Below, one piece after another: positions 59,468 to 64,000 of a DNA stretch of 64,000 bases; positions within the stretch are counted from its first letter, which is position 1, and each line of letters opens with the position of its first letter. The position numbers and the translations under genes are program-made. Source of the DNA: an uncultured Chloroflexia bacterium (GTDB lineage: Bacteria; Chloroflexota; Limnocylindria; Limnocylindrales; CSP1-4). The notes beneath the pieces are model-generated. The model was not told the DNA's origin. It worked only from the letters and a program-made list of their open reading frames with translations, and ran no database searches. The stretch lies in the NCBI GenBank assembly GCA_963824735.1, contig CAWGQH010000005.1:35193-99192 (forward strand), in the 5' to 3' direction.

Positions 59468-61957
59468 GTGGACGGGGGAAGGAGGGACGATGCGCGATCG
59501 TTCGACATCGGTGCGGGGGCGACCGGCTCGATTGCGCTCCCAGCTTCCGATTCCGGTAGCCGACGCGGGGTGAGTCCCATCGATCGACCCGAGCGATCCT
59601 TCGCGACTGGGCCCGAACGCGGGCGCCGGCCGACATCCGCCCGGGTCGAGCACCTGCCGCCGGCCTGGCCGCTGCTCGAGGCCAAGCTCGAGTCCCCCGG
59701 CGAACGCGCGGGAGCCGTCGATCGGGAACGCGTCGTTTCGACCCTGCTCGCGCCACCCGGCTCGCCGATCGTGTCGTTGGTCGCTCCTCCCGGCTACGGC
59801 AAGACAACGGTTCTCGCCCAATGGGCCGCGCGCGAGCCTCGCCCGGTCGCCTGGCTGACGCTCGATGCGCTGGACAACGACCCGGTCATCCTCGTCCGCT
59901 ACCTCGTCGCCGCCCTCGGGCGCATCGGACCCGTGGATCCGTCGATCGCCACCGGCCACGCCGCGTCGCGGGATCGCATCCTCGGCGCGGCGATCCCGCG
60001 CCTCGTGTCCGAGGTGTATCGCTGGCGCGGACCGGCACTGCTGATCCTCGACGACGCGCATCGCCTCGAGGACCGGACATGCCTCGACGCGCTCACCGCG
60101 CTGCTCGACCACCTGCCACCCAACCTCAGCGTCGCGCTGGCCGGCCGGACCGAGCCGGGGGTGCCGTTCGGGCGCTATCGCGCGGACGGGCAGCTCCTCG
60201 AGATCGGCCCGGGTTCGCTCGCGCTCGATATCGAAGAGACAGCGGCGCTCGCCCGAACGTCCGGGTGCGAGCTCGACGCGGATGGCGTGCTGGAGCTGCA
60301 TCGGCGAACGGAGGGCTGGCCGGTCGGGACCTACCTGGCATCGATCGCCTGCCGGCGGGCCGGGAGTCCGCGCGGCGTGTCGATCGCCGTCTCCGGCGGT
60401 GACCGCTACATCGCGTCCTACCTGGCATCCGAGCTGACCCAGAGCCTCGGCGAGGACGACCTGCGGTTCCTCACCCGGACCGCGATCGTGGAGGTGGTGA
60501 CACCCGCTGTTGCCGAAGTCGTCGCCGAGATGGCCGATGCCGGCGCCCGTCTGGAAAGCCTCGTTGGGCGCCACCTGCTCATCCAGGAGATCGGCCGGCG
60601 TCCGCTCGCCTACCGCTACAACAACCTGCTGCGGGAGTTCCTCCTTGCCGAGCTCGAGCGGCGCGAGCCGGGCCGGGCAGTGGCGCTTCACCGCGCGGCT
60701 GCAGCCTGGTACCGCGATTCCGGCAACCTGGACCTCGCGATCGAGCACGCGCTCGCCGGTGGCGCGCTCGACGAAGCGGCGACGATCGTCGCGACGTCCG
60801 GGCCTCCGCTCTACGATCGGGGGCACTTCGCGACCGTCGAGCGCCGTCTGGGTCGCCTCAATCCGGCCGATTTCGAGCGACACCCATCCGTCGCCGTCCT
60901 CGCCGGGTGGGTCCACCTGCAGTCGGGCAGGCCCGCGGATGCGCTCCGGATGGCCGCCATCGCCGACGCCGCGGTCGACCCGGGTGTCCTCTCCCACGGG
61001 TCGGGATCGTTCGAGTCGCAGCGGGCGCTCCTCCGCGCCGTCATGTGTCCCGACGGACCGCGGCGCATGCTCGCCGACGCCTCGCTCGCGGTCGACGAGG
61101 CCCGTCCCGACAGCCAGTGGCACGCCAACGCCCTCTGGCTGCAGAGCGCCGCCCACCTCCTGCTCGGCAACCTCGAGACGGCGGACGACATCCTCGCCGA
61201 GGCCGTCGCCGACGGTGAATACGGCGCGACGCTGACGGTCGGCGCCTGGGCGCTCCAGGCGGGGATCCGGATCCGGCATGGCGACTGGGATGCCGCCGGG
61301 GCCGCGGCCGACGAGGCCCGCCGTCGCCTCGAGGCCCTGCAGTCGGGCGACCTGCTGTCCGCGCTGGCTGTCTTCGCCGTTGCCGCCCGCGTGGCGATCC
61401 GTCGCGGAGACTTCGACCTCGCCCGGGACTGCCTTGTCCGCGCCCAGCTGGTGCGGCCGCTGGCCAGCCATGCGGCGCCGTGGATCTCGGTCGATGCGCT
61501 GCTCGAGATCGCTCGCGCATACCTGGCGATCTCGGACCCGGCCGGCGCCCAGATCGCGCTGCGCGAGGCGGAGCAGATCGTGCGGCGGCGTCCGGCGCTC
61601 GGGATCCTCACCGCGGAGCTGATCGAGATCCGGGCACAGCTCGCGGGCTCGACCTCGACGCTGGTCGGCTCGTCCGCCCTGACGAACGCGGAGCTGCGGA
61701 TCCTGCCGCTGCTGCCGACCTACCTGTCGTTCCAGGACATCGCCGACCGCCTGGGCGTGTCACGCAACACGGTCAAGACGCACGCGATGTCGATCTACGG
61801 CAAGGTCTGGGCGTCGTCCAGGGGTGAGGCGGTCGAGCGCGCGGTCGCGCTGGGCCTGCTCGAGCCGTATCCGGGCCTCGAGCCAGTCGAGACGCCCGTC
61901 GACGCGCAAGACACCGACACCGACGCCGACGCCGACGGCTCAGCCATCGCGTCCTGA
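59468..61957 (+). CDS. LAL/MalT-like LuxR-family transcriptional regulator (intact, 829 aa)
   Basis: P-loop …VAPPGYGKTTVLAQWA…, …LILDDAHRLED…, TPR-like middle. C-terminal HTH …LTNAELRILPLLPTYLSFQDIADRLGVSRNTVKTHAMSIYGKVWASSRGEAVERA…. Confidence 0.8.
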   Translation: MDGGRRDDARSFDIGAGATGSIALPASDSGSRRGVSPIDRPERSFATGPERGRRPTSARVEHLPPAWPLLEAKLESPGERAGAVDRERVVSTLLAPPGSPIVSLVAPPGYGKTTVLAQWAAREPRPVAWLTLDALDNDPVILVRYLVAALGRIGPVDPSIATGHAASRDRILGAAIPRLVSEVYRWRGPALLILDDAHRLEDRTCLDALTALLDHLPPNLSVALAGRTEPGVPFGRYRADGQLLEIGPGSLALDIEETAALARTSGCELDADGVLELHRRTEGWPVGTYLASIACRRAGSPRGVSIAVSGGDRYIASYLASELTQSLGEDDLRFLTRTAIVEVVTPAVAEVVAEMADAGARLESLVGRHLLIQEIGRRPLAYRYNNLLREFLLAELERREPGRAVALHRAAAAWYRDSGNLDLAIEHALAGGALDEAATIVATSGPPLYDRGHFATVERRLGRLNPADFERHPSVAVLAGWVHLQSGRPADALRMAAIADAAVDPGVLSHGSGSFESQRALLRAVMCPDGPRRMLADASLAVDEARPDSQWHANALWLQSAAHLLLGNLETADDILAEAVADGEYGATLTVGAWALQAGIRIRHGDWDAAGAAADEARRRLEALQSGDLLSALAVFAVAARVAIRRGDFDLARDCLVRAQLVRPLASHAAPWISVDALLEIARAYLAISDPAGAQIALREAEQIVRRRPALGILTAELIEIRAQLAGSTSTLVGSSALTNAELRILPLLPTYLSFQDIADRLGVSRNTVKTHAMSIYGKVWASSRGEAVERAVALGLLEPYPGLEPVETPVDAQDTDTDADADGSAIAS

Positions 61958-62024
61958 CGGATCACCCACACGAAGAAGCCGGCCCCGCCTGAACGGGGCC
62001 GGCCTTTCGATTCGCGGGGCTGGA

Positions 62025-62381
62025 TCAGGCCGAAGCCACGATCTTCGCCTTCAGGTTCTCGTACTCCTGGTCGTTGACGACGCCGGCCGCCTTGAGATCG
62101 GCCAGCTTCTGCAGCTCATCGGTGGTTGACACCTTCGACGCAGCCTGCGCCATCGCCAGCCCACGCACGTCGGTCGCAGTGACCTTCGGGCGGGTGATGA
62201 TGTAGCTGATGCAGCCGATGAACGGCAGGATCAGCATGAAGAGGATCCACACGGCCTTGATGCCGCCGCCCAGGTCGTCGCGCCGGAATACGTCCAGAAA
62301 GCACGAGACGAAGATCCACAGCGCCATCAGCCAGAAGAAGAAGAACGTGATGGCGATGATCCAGTCACCCAAAGAATTCAC
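62025..62381 (-). CDS. PLDc_N (phospholipase-D-nuclease N-terminal) plus SHOCT domain membrane protein
   Basis: …WIIAITFFFFWLMALWIFVSCFLDVFRRDDLGGGIKAVWILFMLILPFIGCISYII… and C-terminal SHOCT …LQKLADLKAAGVVNDQEYENLKAKIV. Confidence 0.65.
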   Translation of the reverse strand: MNSLGDWIIAITFFFFWLMALWIFVSCFLDVFRRDDLGGGIKAVWILFMLILPFIGCISYIITRPKVTATDVRGLAMAQAASKVSTTDELQKLADLKAAGVVNDQEYENLKAKIVASA

Positions 62382-62439
62382 TCACTACCTCCTGCGACCT
62401 CGGGGCTTGCCCGGGTCCCTATAGCCGGCCGGTGGCCGG

Positions 62440-62757
62440 TCAGCCTCCGGCGAGCACCTTCGCCTTGGCGGCCGCGAACTCCTCGTCACTCAGAACGCCC
62501 GATTCGTGGAGCTGGCCGAGCTGCTTCAACTGTTCCATGTCAATGGTGCCGCTCGGTGCCGGCGCAGCCGCGGGCGGGGGTGCCGCCTGCGCATCTGCAA
62601 CTCCCTGCTCGTACGCAGATTGGTCGGCTGCCTGCTGCTGAGCCGCCTGGTTGGCGTACTTCTGCTCCTGGTGGTGACGGACCGCGCCTGCGGTGCCGGC
62701 CACCACTGCCGTGGTCGCTGCTGCCCGCATGAGTGGCCTGCCGCGTCGTCGCATCAT
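62440..62757 (-). CDS. SHOCT-domain protein
   Basis: N-terminal TM-like RPLMRAAATTAVVAGTAGAV, Gln/Ala-rich linker. C-terminal SHOCT …MEQLKQLGQLHESGVLSDEEFAAAKAKVLAG. Confidence 0.55.
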   Translation of the reverse strand: MMRRRGRPLMRAAATTAVVAGTAGAVRHHQEQKYANQAAQQQAADQSAYEQGVADAQAAPPPAAAPAPSGTIDMEQLKQLGQLHESGVLSDEEFAAAKAKVLAGG

Positions 62758-62788
62758 CGTGTGTTCTCCTTTTCAACTCTGGTCCGGA

Positions 62789-63235
62789 TCACGCCAGTGC
62801 GGCGGCGGCTTCGGCCGCCGCGAGCTCTTCGGTGAGCTCCTCGAGGACCTCGGGCGGGATCGTTGCGCGGGCAACGAGGAAGCCGCCCTTGTCCTGGATG
62901 GCGTCCTTGATGTCGACGGCCCAGTGGTGCTCGAAGAGCAGCGCGAGCGCCGACGTCTCGGGCGGCAAGGTCTCCGCGAGCGTCTGGACATCCTCTGCCG
63001 TGAACAGGGCCATCCGGTTCCTGAGCAGCGGCGCGAACGACTCGAAGGCAGGGTCGTCCTTGGCGTCGATCTCGAGGACCGCCGTGTTGCCCGACCCGTC
63101 GACGTCGATCATCACGATGTCGACGATCCGGATGATGCCCGAGTCGACGACCTTGCCGATCTCGCGGGCGATGCTGCCGTCGAAGTTCCCCTTCCGGAAC
63201 CCGATGACGGTGTACTCCAACGGTCCGAGTGTCAT
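62789..63235 (-). CDS. Hypothetical cytoplasmic protein (DUF; 148 aa)
   Basis: ATG 63233-63235 with GGAGGA SD. MTLGPLEYTVIGFRKGNFDGSIAREIGKVVDSGIIRIVDIVMIDVDGSGNTAVLEIDAKDD… Upstream ORF extension is Arg-rich junk. Confidence 0.5.
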   Translation of the reverse strand: MTLGPLEYTVIGFRKGNFDGSIAREIGKVVDSGIIRIVDIVMIDVDGSGNTAVLEIDAKDDPAFESFAPLLRNRMALFTAEDVQTLAETLPPETSALALLFEHHWAVDIKDAIQDKGGFLVARATIPPEVLEELTEELAAAEAAAALA

Positions 63236-63321
63236 GCTCGTCCTCCAGTCTTCCGCGCCGGCACGTACCTCGGGCCCGCGCAACTTGTTGCTGCCAGCGC
63301 GTTCGCGCCGGCGTTGTCGGC

Positions 63322-64000
63322 TCACCCTGCGCTCGCGACGGCAGGCGCCGCGCTGGCCTGTGCCAGCGGCGGCGTGTCGGTCGTCCGGATGTGCAGGAGC
63401 TTCTTGATCTCCGCCACCGCGATGACCGCCAACGACAGGACCAGGCAGATGACCCACTGCTCGGTCGAGAGGTTCACGGTGTCGAGGATGCGGTTGAGGA
63501 GGCCGAGCTCCGAGGCCGCAACGTGGCGACGATCGCCAGCGCCCCGGTCTTCAGCAGGGTCGGGTTGGCCAGGGTCTCGGCGCTCACGATGGACTTCTCT
63601 TCGTGTGCGGTCTCGAATGCGAACCAGATGTTGGCCAGCGAGAACACCGTGAGACCCATCGTGCGCGCCACGGCCTCGCCGTAGACCGGCGTCGCCCACG
63701 AGATGACGCCCAGGGTGACGACGGCCATCGTGAAGCCCGCGATCACGAGCCAGATGAGCATCCGGCGCCCGAGGATCGGCACGCTCGGGGGCCGCGGGTG
63801 CGTCGAGCATCAGGTCGTCGCGCGCCTTGCCGTAGCCGAGCCCGACGGCGAGGAAGACCGTCACCGTGAAGTTGACCCACAGGGTCTGGAGCGGCAGGAA
63901 CGGGATGCCCTCCGCGATGAACAGCAGGCTGGCGCCGAGGAACGTCACGATGAACCCGAACAGCTGGCCCATCTGGTAGCGGATGTAGCGGACGAGGTTG
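63322..64000 (-). CDS. Cation-transporting P-type ATPase, C-terminal transmembrane segment (partial; continues beyond window; apparent frameshifts)
   Basis: Cation_ATPase_C-like …FLPLQTLWVNFTVTVFLAVGLGYG… and further TM helices in two frames (…MLIWLVIAGFTMAVVTLGVISWAT…, …EQWVICLVLSLAVIAVAEIKKLL…). Confidence 0.6.
   Translation of the reverse strand, partial: NLVRYIRYQMGQLFGFIVTFLGASLLFIAEGIPFLPLQTLWVNFTVTVFLAVGLGYGKARDDLMLDAPAAPERADPRAPDAHLARDRGLHDGRRHPGRHLVGDAGLRRGRGAHDGSHGVLAGQHLVRIRDRTRREVHRERRDPGQPDPAEDRGAGDRRHVAASELGLLNRILDTVNLSTEQWVICLVLSLAVIAVAEIKKLLHIRTTDTPPLAQASAAPAVASAG

Noticed and set aside
1-64000. CRISPR arrays, rRNA genes, transposases or integrases, phage structural genes
   Set aside because: No direct-repeat/spacer periodicity, no rRNA-like conserved stretches and no DDE or tyrosine-recombinase motifs were seen in any frame.

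Overview
Very GC-rich (about 70% GC) bacterial chromosomal segment, probably actinobacterial (F420-dependent enzymes, LAL/LuxR regulators, ECF sigma/anti-sigma pairs). Gene-dense on both strands; no CRISPR array, rRNA, transposase or integrase was recognised. The dominant theme is selenium utilisation. On the minus strand sits a compact island selC (tRNA-Sec, anticodon UCA) - selA - selB - mobA, with selD divergent on the plus strand. A Sec-containing formate dehydrogenase catalytic subunit (in-frame TGA at 14222-14224 with a SECIS-like hairpin) lies nearby, together with an NAD-linked Fds-type operon (NuoE-like, NuoF-like, NuoG-like Fe-S module) and fdhD. The formate dehydrogenase alpha subunit appears split into two separately initiated genes about 6 kb apart. 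Other content includes a two-component system with a YceI-like protein, two ECF sigma/anti-sigma pairs, transporters (two MFS, ZIP, two VIT-family, ABC-2 with a TetR regulator, a P-type ATPase fragment), a tryptophanase plus PLP-decarboxylase/DUF2277 cluster, a CYTH-Ppx/GppA operon, a parDE-like toxin-antitoxin pair with an amber-disrupted toxin, and SHOCT-domain proteins. About half of the conserved genes show one or more apparent +/-1 frameshifts, several at G/C homopolymers, which looks like indel sequencing/assembly error rather than biology. CDS boundaries given for those genes are therefore approximate. Many long ORFs in the six-frame track are antisense GC-shadow artefacts and were not called.
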